From the IMG/VR virus record IMGVR_UViG_3300031841_003468, positions 32,001 through 96,000 of that record: a stretch of 64,000 nt of DNA. One strand, written 5' to 3'. Below are positions 37,864 through 46,974 of this stretch, one piece after another. Under the pieces are notes generated by a model, which did no database searches, was not told the origin of the DNA, and saw only the letters and a list, made by a program, of their open reading frames with translations. Each line of letters starts with the position of its first letter. Position 1 is the first letter of the stretch. Origin of the DNA: a virus. A program made the position numbers and the translations under genes.

Positions 37864-38550
37864 ATGTTAAGAAGAGAATTTATCGGTGTCGCAGCCGCAA
37901 CTATAATAAGCAGACCGTCTCTGGTAGCAGCAAGGGATAACAAGCCTTGTCTTAAATGTCTAGAAGCCAAAAACAGACCAGAACAAAATAAGAAAGTATC
38001 TTGGGGTCAACGTACATTAGGTTACGCTATCTTTCATGGAGATGATGAAGACCTAGATATTGAAATCTGGCGTGGTGAAATAGCTGCTGCATTTGACTCT
38101 TGGGCTAAACACACTAATCTCTTCTTTCAGGAACTAACTAATCCTCGTGCGATGCCATATGCTCATATCGGATTCTCTGTTGGTAATAGCCCGGAAGAGA
38201 AATTCGGTGAGAAGAATGGTGTATTAGGCTGGGCCTATATGCCGACTGAGGAAAACTTTGTTGGTCAGTTACTATGTAAGTTCGATCTAGCCGAACAATG
38301 GGTATTGGAACCTGAGGAATTTGGAATCTGCTTAAGGACTGTAGCAGCACACGAGATAGGGCATCTATTGGGCCTATACCACTCTGAGAGTAAAGATGAT
38401 CTTATGTATCCTACTTATAATAAAAACTTTACAGAACCTCAGAGAGGCGACGTGAAGACCCTACAGAGCATTTATGGAAAACCTGCTCGTAATAAGGAAA
38501 GATGGCTGGAGAAGTACATTGAAGATCTAAAGAAACAAAGATCTAAATAG
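37864..38550 (+). CDS. matrixin-family (M10) zinc metallopeptidase with twin-arginine signal
   Basis: GGGAG RBS; MLRREFIG; HEIGHLLGLYHS; Met-turn LMYPTY. Confidence 0.9.
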   Translation: MLRREFIGVAAATIISRPSLVAARDNKPCLKCLEAKNRPEQNKKVSWGQRTLGYAIFHGDDEDLDIEIWRGEIAAAFDSWAKHTNLFFQELTNPRAMPYAHIGFSVGNSPEEKFGEKNGVLGWAYMPTEENFVGQLLCKFDLAEQWVLEPEEFGICLRTVAAHEIGHLLGLYHSESKDDLMYPTYNKNFTEPQRGDVKTLQSIYGKPARNKERWLEKYIEDLKKQRSK

Positions 38551-38582
38551 TATATTAGCCACCCTATAGTTCCTGATCAATG

Positions 38583-38615
38583 CCCCGTTAACTTTCACGA
38601 GTTGCGGGGTTTTTT
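38583..38615 (+). terminator. intrinsic terminator
   Basis: CCCCGT...GCGGGG-T6 after the peptidase gene. Confidence 0.75.
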
Positions 38616-38782
38616 GCTGGGTATAAGAAATCAGAAGGGGTCTATATATATTAGCTGAGACAGCCGATTTTGGCTGGGTCTTTGAAAGCAGAGGTGTCGT
38701 CTGTATATTTTAGGAAGTACACAAATTTGGCTAGGTATGAGAAAGCAGAGGTGTAGTCTTACAGACTTAGCTAAGACACCCC
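38612..38782. repeat. three degenerate 57-bp tandem repeats
   Basis: Units start at 38612, 38669, 38726; shared core TTTKGCTRGGT..(GAAAKCAGA)..GTCT; TTAGCTRAGACA in units 1 and 3. Confidence 0.75.
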
Positions 38783-39001
38783 CTATTCTGGGGGCATTCC
38801 GTGTAGTGGCAGCTCCTCGGCATACTCGATCTTACCTTCATGTATCAGGTAGTCAGTGTATGCAATGATCCAAGGCTGCTGTAGTGTGAATATACCCTCC
38901 AGCTTAGTGGTGCATAAACCTTCCCTATTCCATGTACCAGCACAACCTACATAATGAGATAGAGTCATAAGAGTATCAAATTGTAAATACATTCGTTTCA
39001 T
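38783..39001 (-). CDS. hypothetical protein
   Basis: GGAGG RBS; coupled to the upstream gene. Confidence 0.6.
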   Translation of the reverse strand: MKRMYLQFDTLMTLSHYVGCAGTWNREGLCTTKLEGIFTLQQPWIIAYTDYLIHEGKIEYAEELPLHGMPPE

Positions 39002-39189
39002 TAGAATTTACCTCCTAATATGTAACCAATAGCAAAAACAAGAAATGGAAGAAGTATGAAAAAACCAGTCCACTGAATAAACGGGATAGGACTCTGCATA
39101 AGCAAGCAACCTAAACCACCAACCATATATGGCCAATAAAGACTTACAAGGGATAAACCCATTCTCTTAACTATATCACCATCACTCAT
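39001..39189 (-). CDS. small two-TM membrane protein
   Basis: GAGGAG RBS; own promoter. Confidence 0.65.
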   Translation of the reverse strand: MSDGDIVKRMGLSLVSLYWPYMVGGLGCLLMQSPIPFIQWTGFFILLPFLVFAIGYILGGKF

Positions 39190-39272
39190 ATTAAATCTCC
39201 TCTCCCCTTTACACCCTATTATATATATTCATCGGCATAAGTCAATAGAAAACTTTAATAATTCCGTGACTA

Positions 39273-39330
39273 TTTTTACCCCCCTTTCGGGTGGCGGGGG
39301 TGCCGGGCCCCTTACCCCCCACTAAAGGGG
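39273..39330 (+). repeat. GC-rich double-palindrome element, copy 1
   Basis: TTTTTACCCCCC-TTTC-GGGTGG-CGGGGG-TGCCGG-GCCCCTTA-CCCCCC-ACTAAA-GGGG. Confidence 0.9.
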
Positions 39331-39498
39331 TTCATAGGTATCACAATGCCCAACAGCTTCACCCACTATACCGAAGTCCTCAATAGTCTTTACCCGTGCC
39401 TTAAGTGCCGCCAGTATCACATCATCGGATAAGTCGAACGGCTCGCATTCGTCTGTCGTAACTTCAAAACATATATCTAAAACGTGTGTGTACTTCAT
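39322..39498 (-). CDS. hypothetical protein
   Basis: GGGAG RBS before MKYTHVL. Confidence 0.55.
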   Translation of the reverse strand: MKYTHVLDICFEVTTDECEPFDLSDDVILAALKARVKTIEDFGIVGEAVGHCDTYEPL

Positions 39499-39606
39499 CG
39501 TGTCATCTCCCAGCTTAAACACTCATTTTCCATAAGCTCATTCAGGTAGTTGTATACTTCCACACTATCAACATCGTCATGGTCAAACTCTAATTCAATT
39601 ATTACT

Positions 39607-39834
39607 TTAGCCATTTTGCAAATCCTTCAATGCTGGAATCGTAAACCTAGTTCTTAGTTGGTGCATAGCAGAAAGAATCTCCTGCTCAAGCTCAGCCGCC
39701 TCAGTTAGGCTATAGACATAATTAGCTACACCTAACTCAACAGTCTCATCAACTATCTGACAGCTAACATACTTACCGACGTAAACATCTTGGATGATGT
39801 TACCATCTACTTCTGTTGGTTCAATATATCTCAT
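39607..39834 (-). CDS. hypothetical protein
   Basis: GGAG/AAGG RBS. Confidence 0.6.
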   Translation of the reverse strand: MRYIEPTEVDGNIIQDVYVGKYVSCQIVDETVELGVANYVYSLTEAAELEQEILSAMHQLRTRFTIPALKDLQNG

Positions 39835-39838
39835 TTCC

Positions 39839-40252
39839 TTACTCCATAAAACTTAAAACTTTTTTATTATCGTAATATTTTGGCAGGTCTTTTTTGGCAA
39901 ATGGTTTTGCTATAGTTGGTTGGGTACGATCTCTTTCAACATTACAGTGTTCAACATCTTCACCTTTTGGTACATCGTACCACTCAATGGTGACCTTTCC
40001 TTCATAGTCTAGTACCTGAGCGTGAAAGTCAACGTCTATAATACTAACAATCCATTGCTTACCTAGTAGCTTGCTTTGACCATCGAAGGCTATGATGTCA
40101 ATAAATTCACCTTCCATGTCTATGTCGGTTGCGTACTCATACCATTTACTGCCAGCCATACCACCGCCGCAGCTCATCGTTATTCTTTTGCCGCCTTTGA
40201 TAACGGGCGTTTCTACTCGGCGTTGGAACTTGCTCCATAATCCAATTCTCAT
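39839..40252 (-). CDS. hypothetical protein
   Basis: AGGAG RBS; 137 aa. Confidence 0.7.
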   Translation of the reverse strand: MRIGLWSKFQRRVETPVIKGGKRITMSCGGGMAGSKWYEYATDIDMEGEFIDIIAFDGQSKLLGKQWIVSIIDVDFHAQVLDYEGKVTIEWYDVPKGEDVEHCNVERDRTQPTIAKPFAKKDLPKYYDNKKVLSFME

Positions 40253-40326
40253 TTCAATTCTCCTAGTGAACTTCTGTAGGTGTGAACAACACCCCTATTA
40301 TACTCCAAATTACAATCCAAGTCAAG

Positions 40327-40590
40327 CTACTCATTGTAAAACCTCAGGTCATCATGATTGCCCATGTATCTGTTACGGCACTCAACTTCAATGTACTGAA
40401 TTTCATACCAGTCATAGTCTTCGCAGTGGTTTTCTAGTAACTGCTTTTGTTTCATTGCTCTATCCAATGAGCAGTAAGCAATACCAACACGGCAACCGTG
40501 ACTGTCGCCTGCATCAAACCCTTCAATCTGGTAGTACCTGAATAGGTCTGGCTTTCTTCTTCTGCTAGTAAGAACGTCTTTAGACTGCAT
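40327..40590 (-). CDS. hypothetical protein
   Basis: AAGGAG RBS; own promoter. Confidence 0.65.
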   Translation of the reverse strand: MQSKDVLTSRRRKPDLFRYYQIEGFDAGDSHGCRVGIAYCSLDRAMKQKQLLENHCEDYDWYEIQYIEVECRNRYMGNHDDLRFYNE

Positions 40591-40683
40591 CGCAATCTCC
40601 TTATAGAATGTGTGTTTGTTACTCTCTTATTATATATTATCGGAGCATGAAGTCAAGAACTTTAAGGAATTTTTTGGGATTTA

Positions 40684-40742
40684 TTTTTTACCCCCCTGAT
40701 GGGTGGCAAGGGGGCCGGAGGCCTCACCCCCCAAGAGAGGGG
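40684..40742 (+). repeat. GC-rich double-palindrome element, copy 2
   Basis: TTTTTTACCCCCC-TGAT-GGGTGG-CAAGGG-GGCCGG-AGGCCTCA-CCCCCC-AAGAGA-GGGG. Confidence 0.9.
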
Positions 40743-40758
40743 TATTCCCATTTGGCAT

Positions 40759-40796
40759 AAAAAAGCGGCGGCCACCGCATTAAGAGGGTGACCGCC
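40759..40796 (-). terminator. intrinsic terminator
   Basis: GGCGGTCACC...GGTGGCCGCC followed by a T-run on the minus strand. Confidence 0.7.
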
Positions 40797-40983
40797 TAAA
40801 CAACACACTTTGGTAGGGCGATGGGGATTGACCTCAAACTTAATTGGGTCGCTCCCTCATCTTCGGCGGTGTGTGCCTACTAACCCCTGTTCGCATTATG
40901 CCTCCGGCAGATGGCTTGGGCTAGACGTTGAAGTATTTTCTCAGTCACCCAAATCCAAACCACCATCAGCCACCATTCTGACT

Positions 40984-42198
40984 TCATACTGCAAGCTCTC
41001 CCGCATAAATGGATTTCATATCTTTATCCGTGATCGTGTTCGACCGCTTAATAAGATTATCCCATCTACTGTCAGAAAAGTCAACCAGACTTCCACCAAT
41101 TTTGTCGAATCGGTTCCACTGGTCATTGCCCAGCGTTTGACCTGCACGAGTGATGGCGTTAACCAAACCGAATTGACTTCGGTGTGCTGACTCGAACTTA
41201 TTCCAAGCCTGTAGCGTTGCGGATGCTTGACGCTTGTCTAGCTTGAAATCCTTCGCAGCGGCGGCAACCACTTGATCCAGTCGAGCAGTACCGATTACAC
41301 GGCCACGTGTTTCCATCAATTTACGCATCCCTAGCGGAATGAGTGGCAACTGTGCTTCGATGTTCTCACGCAGTTTGATGGCCAACTCGTTGAGATCAAT
41401 TTCGCCGATGTGACGTTTCTTAATCTCTTTGCCTGCAACCTGTCCCCAGATGCAACCATTCAAGCAGATTGAACGGAATAGGCTAGGCTGTTGACCGATG
41501 CGGCGTTTGCCAATCTCACAGTTAGAGATTGAGACCATCCCACCGTAATCGCTGTCATCATCCTGACCGTAATCCATAACGGTATCAGGCAGTAGGACGT
41601 TACCGAAAATAGTATCCTCATCACCTCGCCAGTGAGACAGTCGCCCATTAGGTAGGTTTTTTTGTAACTGCTCAATGTACCAGCGATTGTCAATCGGTGC
41701 ATACTTATCAGTAACGAATGACCGCAAGGTAGAATCCGACTTATATGTACGCAGTAGGAATTCCTTGTCAGGGTCTACACGTCGCAGGCTATTAGCGGCC
41801 AAGTATTTCATCGCAACGGCATCCTGCTCATCACGCACGACACCCTTAGTGTCATTATTAAGTTTACCCAGCACTGTGCTAGATGGCACACCCGAACGGG
41901 TTGAGAACTGTTGTAAAGCCCAGTCGGTAGGACGATAGCATAAGCCATTGACCTCAAAGACAAACTTGCCATTGTCAACGGTTGGACGGATATCGCTAGC
42001 CTTAACCAGCAAGTCTTCACGATCCTCTACAGATCGTTGCATCAATTCCATGCCCTCATCATAGGACATTGTGGTACGCCACCAATCCTTGTGGACGTGT
42101 GTACCGTCAGCAAATCCAACTCCAGATTGGCCTTGCAGGTTCCGAACGAAAGAACCAGCGTTTTTGTCAGCAGTCATTTTGAGTGTTTGATATTCCAT
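40984..42198 (-). CDS. DUF932-family protein
   Basis: LRSFVTDKYAPIDN, ISNCEIG, LFRSICLNGCI, GLVNAITRAGQ. Confidence 0.75.
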   Translation of the reverse strand: MEYQTLKMTADKNAGSFVRNLQGQSGVGFADGTHVHKDWWRTTMSYDEGMELMQRSVEDREDLLVKASDIRPTVDNGKFVFEVNGLCYRPTDWALQQFSTRSGVPSSTVLGKLNNDTKGVVRDEQDAVAMKYLAANSLRRVDPDKEFLLRTYKSDSTLRSFVTDKYAPIDNRWYIEQLQKNLPNGRLSHWRGDEDTIFGNVLLPDTVMDYGQDDDSDYGGMVSISNCEIGKRRIGQQPSLFRSICLNGCIWGQVAGKEIKKRHIGEIDLNELAIKLRENIEAQLPLIPLGMRKLMETRGRVIGTARLDQVVAAAAKDFKLDKRQASATLQAWNKFESAHRSQFGLVNAITRAGQTLGNDQWNRFDKIGGSLVDFSDSRWDNLIKRSNTITDKDMKSIYAGELAV

Positions 42199-42274
42199 CT
42201 TAGGAACTCCAATTAGAAAAAAGTGTTGTTTGTTGTACTCTATTATATATTATCGACAGCCAAAGTCAAGAACT

Positions 42275-42430
42275 TTAATGGAAAAATTCCATAATATGTT
42301 TTTTAGCTGCGGTTGCCCGTGTTCGCTCTCGCCGGTTGCGGCGGTCTTGGTGTACGCCTGCACCGCTACGGTGTTCGTTGTGACCCTTCTCGATCTTCCA
42401 CTGTGGTTTTACGTTGAGCTTGATTTTCAT
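42275..42430 (-). CDS. 51-aa basic peptide
   Basis: GGAG RBS and own promoter; KGHNEHRSGAGVHQDRRNRRERTRATAAKK. Confidence 0.65.
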   Translation of the reverse strand: MKIKLNVKPQWKIEKGHNEHRSGAGVHQDRRNRRERTRATAAKKHIMEFFH

Positions 42431-42528
42431 TGGATTGTCTCCGGTTAGAATAGTGTGTCCTTGTTACTCTTCTATTATACGTATCGGACATAGCAAGTCA
42501 AGAACTTTAGCCTTTTTTTCGGGATTTA

Positions 42529-42586
42529 TTTTTACCCCCCTAACGGGTGGCAGGGGTGCCGGAGCCCTCACCCCCCTTCCGAGGGG
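42529..42586 (+). repeat. GC-rich double-palindrome element, copy 3
   Basis: TTTTTACCCCCC-TAAC-GGGTGG-CAGGGG-TGCCGG-AGCCCTCA-CCCCCC-TTCCGA-GGGG. Confidence 0.9.
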
Positions 42587-43041
42587 ATCAGCTCTCAGCC
42601 TTCTTGGTTTGGGTTAAACATTTCCCCACTGTTGTTCCATGTTCTCGAATATGTCACTTGAATTATATATCACATCGACCAAATCCCATAGAACATAGTT
42701 TTTCAATTCTTCGAGACTATACGATTCCATTTCTTTCCTTGCGTATAGTTCGCATTTGCTTATGTGCTTTTCTTTCTCACTCATTTTCATCTCCTATCAC
42801 ATCGTCCCAGTCTGTTTCAAATGCTTCTCTGTCGTTCTTGTAATAATCGTATTGATTTTCATAGAAGTGTTGAACAATAGTATCTAAGTCGGCAGAGTCG
42901 GTAATTTCTTGAGCTAGTCTTTCAATGTTTTCTTCGCTATGTTTAACTTTAATCATCTGAATATTCCTTTAATGAAATCAATTAGGTAATCGTGCAATGC
43001 GTCAAGGGTGTCTAAGTATTCCTGTTCCATAGTCTGCTTCC

Positions 43042-43455
43042 TCATGATGATTGCCCCTCATCTTTATATTGAACCCCACTAGCATCAATGCCGCCTTTGA
43101 GTTGGATGGTCACGAACTTAGCGGACTTAACCCGTCGCTCTGTGTCACATGCAACAAACGAATCGTACTTGTAGGGATTATAGGTTACCTTGGTAGTGTC
43201 TAGTGTGTAGTTGCCATTCTCGTCACGGTGGTAGTCGTTTACCATCTCACCAGCTACACCGGCGTGAACATTCTTCTTCTTCTCTCGTAGTACCTTGGCA
43301 CGTCCTGCTTGGCCTACTCTGAATTCAGCATCAGCAAGATTGACGTTATGGTAATGGCCGATGACCTTGCCTGTCTTTCTGCTACGAACCGAGAAAAGTT
43401 TCTTGTGAAGATTGAAGTAAACAAAAACTGAATTGTCTGTTAATCGCTTTGCCAT
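43042..43455 (-). CDS. conserved phage hypothetical protein
   Basis: VYFNLHKKLFSV, GRAKVLREKKKNVHAGV, VTYNPYK; GAGGAG RBS. Confidence 0.8.
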   Translation of the reverse strand: MAKRLTDNSVFVYFNLHKKLFSVRSRKTGKVIGHYHNVNLADAEFRVGQAGRAKVLREKKKNVHAGVAGEMVNDYHRDENGNYTLDTTKVTYNPYKYDSFVACDTERRVKSAKFVTIQLKGGIDASGVQYKDEGQSS

Positions 43456-43650
43456 GATCGTGGCTCCTCTTGTGTGTGTGTTGTAAAAAGAAGATAGCTT
43501 ATCCAACTTACGTGAACACCTGTCGTGGCTAGGCCGATACTAGGCTGGTTGATTATGTCACTCGGTTATGGTTTTGGACTACACCGTCACTTGTAGCCTC
43601 GCTCTCTTACTCTTCTATTATACCATATCGGCATAAGATGTCAAGCAACT

Positions 43651-43962
43651 TTAAGCAGATTCCGCAAAAAGTTCAGCTAATTCATCTGAGCCCATCTGTG
43701 CCTCTAAGCATCGGATGATTAGACATGCAACAATCTTCATGCCGGATGACATGGTAGCGTGCATTTCTGGATCGTCGTATTCTTCTGTGGCCTGCTGTAC
43801 ATAAGCAGGAACAAAGTCAACTAAGATTTCGTAAAGCTCTTTGTTACCGCCACTATGTAGCAACTGTAGAGTATCATAGACAAAAGCTCCGTGGCCTTTA
43901 ACTACAAGCTGGTCAACTAATGCGTCGCATACTTCTGGCGACACTGGTGGGATGTGTGACAT
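43651..43962 (-). CDS. hypothetical protein
   Basis: AGGAG RBS; own promoter. Confidence 0.7.
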   Translation of the reverse strand: MSHIPPVSPEVCDALVDQLVVKGHGAFVYDTLQLLHSGGNKELYEILVDFVPAYVQQATEEYDDPEMHATMSSGMKIVACLIIRCLEAQMGSDELAELFAESA

Positions 43963-44065
43963 AACTGTCTCCTGTGAATGTGTTGTTTCTTACTCCCTCT
44001 ATTATATACATATCGGCTATCAGGTCAACAAAAATCCAGTAAATCCGGTCAGAAAGCAGGAATTA

Positions 44066-44124
44066 TTTTTACCCCCCCAATGGGTGGCAAGGGGCCCGGC
44101 GACCTCACCCCCCCTTTCGGGGGG
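44066..44124 (+). repeat. GC-rich double-palindrome element, copy 4
   Basis: TTTTTACCCCCCC-AAT-GGGTGG-CAAGGG-GCCCGG-CGACCTCA-CCCCCCC-TTTC-GGGGGG. Confidence 0.9.
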
Positions 44125-44131
44125 CATTGGC

Positions 44132-44380
44132 CTACAACACAATTTCACTAATCACTAGGTCGTTAGGGTTATAGCTAAAATACGCCTCGGTGTCATTCTT
44201 GACGTGTAGCGGCCATGCGTCCGTGGGCATTGAGCCATTCAAGAATTCTATAATATGATCCAATCGGCACTTCGCCATTCTTGCCGCCTCTTCTATACTA
44301 TCGGCTTTCACTTCGCCGTTAGTGTAGTTGCAATACAAGCCGCCGCTTGTCTTCAGGTGGTAACTATATAATCTCATCAT
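44132..44380 (-). CDS. hypothetical protein
   Basis: GGAGG RBS; ATGA overlap. Confidence 0.6.
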   Translation of the reverse strand: MMRLYSYHLKTSGGLYCNYTNGEVKADSIEEAARMAKCRLDHIIEFLNGSMPTDAWPLHVKNDTEAYFSYNPNDLVISEIVL

Positions 44381-44601
44381 GCAACCTCCAAGTTCTGGAC
44401 ATATGCCTCGATTTCCAAACCATGATAACCGCCATGAAATTTACATGCCTCACTAGGATTTACTATCCTGCAAATATATTTGTTATCAGGTAATTCTTTC
44501 AGCATTACTAGGTCTTGGCCTTCTTCTAGTAATGCCATTCGGCTGCAATATGCTTGGTCATAAAATCCGTTATGCCCTGCTCTGATTTTTAGTTTCTGCA
44601 T
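44377..44601 (-). CDS. hypothetical protein
   Basis: AAGGAG RBS. Confidence 0.6.
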   Translation of the reverse strand: MQKLKIRAGHNGFYDQAYCSRMALLEEGQDLVMLKELPDNKYICRIVNPSEACKFHGGYHGLEIEAYVQNLEVA

Positions 44602-44689
44602 TGTAATCTCCTTGCGATTGCTTCGCCTAGTCTTCTAACTACTTTTTCAGTAATCCATACCCATAGAATCATTAGCCACCATTCACTTT

Positions 44690-45484
44690 TCATTTTGCAC
44701 CCGCTTTCAGGACTTGCAATGCTTTTGATGCGTCGCTTCCCTTAGGCTGTGTACCATGAATCAACAATGCGAATGATTGATTCCGTTTTGATGGTTCGGC
44801 GGCGTGAGTGTCATTGCTGTCAATCTCTAAGCCTTTTGCGTCGGCTTCTTCTTGGCTGAACACCACAACAGCTTCCCGCAAATTGTGAGTGTCGATTAGG
44901 TGGTCTTCTCGACCGCCACGGCTAGCAGTGAGTACAATGTTAGGAATACTATTTACCAACTCCATATTCTTTACCCAATATCGTAATGATTTGGTATAAG
45001 CATAGAACAGAACAGTGGGATTAGCTTGTGCTAACAATAGCCACGCCTTGAAGTATTCTTCATTGAACATATCACCGGCAACGTGAATGCGAACAATACC
45101 TACATTCTTAGGTAACTTGGATTGTAGTATACCTGCCATCTCTTCAGCAGTTTTCACTGATTGAATTGCGTCGGTGTTGGCTTTACGTCGATTGTATACC
45201 GTAGGCATTAATGCTTCTTGTGATGCACTGAAACAGCGGAACTTTGTATTGGCACCGTCTTTAACTTTGACTTTTGCATTGCCACTTTCAGACAGTCCAC
45301 CAATCTCAACTACCTTAGATGAACACTCGGAAGCAAAGGGACAAGTCCAACCACTCAATAGGTCGAGTGAATAAATCTTTCGCTTGTCCTGCAAGAAGTT
45401 ATCAACCAATTCACTACTCTCACGTAGCTTTTTAGTTTTAGCGTTTTCGTTACTGAATTTTAGGTCGAGATTAGAATAATCCAT
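44690..45484 (-). CDS. Gp88-like protein (Cys-containing phage family)
   Basis: TCPFASEC...RCFS, VRIHVAGDMF, FYAYTKS. Confidence 0.75.
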   Translation of the reverse strand: MDYSNLDLKFSNENAKTKKLRESSELVDNFLQDKRKIYSLDLLSGWTCPFASECSSKVVEIGGLSESGNAKVKVKDGANTKFRCFSASQEALMPTVYNRRKANTDAIQSVKTAEEMAGILQSKLPKNVGIVRIHVAGDMFNEEYFKAWLLLAQANPTVLFYAYTKSLRYWVKNMELVNSIPNIVLTASRGGREDHLIDTHNLREAVVVFSQEEADAKGLEIDSNDTHAAEPSKRNQSFALLIHGTQPKGSDASKALQVLKAGAK

Positions 45485-45801
45485 GATAGGTTCCTTAAGA
45501 GGTGTGGTGTGTTGTATGTCTCTATTATATATTATTATCGGCCAAAGTCAAGCGGAAACTTTAAGTTTTTTACCAAGTATTTTTAGGGGTACTACTTTGT
45601 GATGAGTCTGCTTCAGGGTACCAGCTTTAAGGCAACCAGTAAAAACATCGGCGTGCCGATTGAGGCTTGCATTGTGTCGGAATTGTGCTGCTTGTCGTTT
45701 AGTTATCATTTTTGTCTCCTGTGTTGTTACCCTTATATTATATACTATCGGCATGTGGGGTCAATAGAGTTTAGCAAAAAACAGAAGAAAATAGGGATTT
45801 A

Positions 45802-45860
45802 TTTTTACCCCCTCTTGTGGGGGGCGAGGGTGCCGGAGACCTTACCCCCCTTTCGAGGGG
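45802..45860 (+). repeat. GC-rich double-palindrome element, copy 5
   Basis: TTTTTACCCCC-TCTTGT-GGGGGG-CGAGGG-TGCCGG-AGACCTTA-CCCCCC-TTTCGA-GGGG. Confidence 0.9.
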
Positions 45861-45873
45861 TGTTGGCCACTCC

Positions 45874-46245
45874 TTACCACCAGCTATGATACACTACGTC
45901 ATAACCCTGCTTGATTGCTGCACGGGCATTGCGTATAAACTCACGGTCTTGCTCTGCGTAATGATCGTCAGAGTTTGAACCAAAGAAGAATCCTGATGTC
46001 TCCGGTAGTGCTGCTTCATCAAGACTTTTCTCCAGAGCGTCCAAGTCCTCTAGTGTTAATTCCAAGTCAACACAATTAAACTCATCCTCTCCACCCTTCT
46101 CATAGTAAAGGTTTGCCATCCACCCCTCAAGGTTAGGATGCTTTCGCCAGTAGGCTAGTTCCTTACTATCTTCATAGTAGACATAACCATCTTCGTCTCG
46201 TTTTGCTTCGCCTTGTCGTGCTGTTGCGTACTGATCGAGTCCGAT
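45874..46245 (-). CDS. conserved phage hypothetical protein (GLDQY/YWRKH family); start codon uncertain
   Basis: GLDQY, AYWRKHPNL, LPETSGFFFG, YHSWW; the codon before GLDQY is ATC. Confidence 0.75.
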   Translation of the reverse strand: MGLDQYATARQGEAKRDEDGYVYYEDSKELAYWRKHPNLEGWMANLYYEKGGEDEFNCVDLELTLEDLDALEKSLDEAALPETSGFFFGSNSDDHYAEQDREFIRNARAAIKQGYDVVYHSWW

Positions 46246-46352
46246 AATACCACCAGTCCTTTCTGCTAAATTGCAATAAAATGGGGTTAAAAAAATGGGA
46301 TTTGAACATCTTTTGTGTATATATATTATAGACATATAGCAAAGGAAGTCAA

Positions 46353-46868
46353 ATGAAAACTCATAAAAAATGTACTACTTGTAAAGAAACTCTAGAAATT
46401 ACTAACTTTTGGAAAGATAAGTCTAGAGGTGATGGTTATAATTGTAGATGCAAATCGTGTGCTAAGGCTAAAAATAAGATCTACATGAAAACATATGCTA
46501 AAAAATACTATCAGGATAATAAGGACAAGATTACTGAACAGCGTAAGGCTAGATATAATAATAACCCTGCTGTGCGTGTTGCCAACAGTATGCGTTGCCG
46601 TATATATAATACTATCGTTAAAGGTTATAAAAGTGCTACTACATTTGAATTGATTGGATGTGATGCTGATCAATTAGTTTCCCATATAGAGAAACAGTTT
46701 ACAGAGGGAATGAGTTGGGATAACTATGGGGAATGGCATATCGACCATATCAAGCCCATTTGTTCGTTTGACATACTAAACCCTACTGAACAGCTTAAAT
46801 GCTACCATTACACCAATCTACAGCCTCTATGGGCACATGACAACCTAAGTAAAGGCGGTAAGTATTAG
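46353..46868 (+). CDS. HNH homing endonuclease (antisense to its region)
   Basis: CTTC...CKSC zinc finger; WDNYGEWHIDHIKP...HYTNLQPLWAHDNLSK; AAGG RBS. Confidence 0.9.
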   Translation: MKTHKKCTTCKETLEITNFWKDKSRGDGYNCRCKSCAKAKNKIYMKTYAKKYYQDNKDKITEQRKARYNNNPAVRVANSMRCRIYNTIVKGYKSATTFELIGCDADQLVSHIEKQFTEGMSWDNYGEWHIDHIKPICSFDILNPTEQLKCYHYTNLQPLWAHDNLSKGGKY

Positions 46869-46974
46869 TGTTGTTGAATACTTATATTATATAGATTTGC
46901 CGACTGTTGTCAAGCCCTTTTTGCCCGGTATCTAAGGCGTAGAAGTCGTCCCGCTGGATCAGCTTGGACATCCC

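Noticed and set aside
38612-38782. 57-bp repeats as a mini CRISPR array
   Set aside because: Repeats are degenerate, the intervening parts resemble each other, and no cas gene is in the window.
40811-40883. tRNA-like element ending in CCA
   Set aside because: Folds as one long hairpin without TTCG T-loop or cloverleaf.
46250-46880. Group I intron carrying the HNH
   Set aside because: No recognisable P7 core or exon continuity; it looks like a free-standing insertion in a leader.
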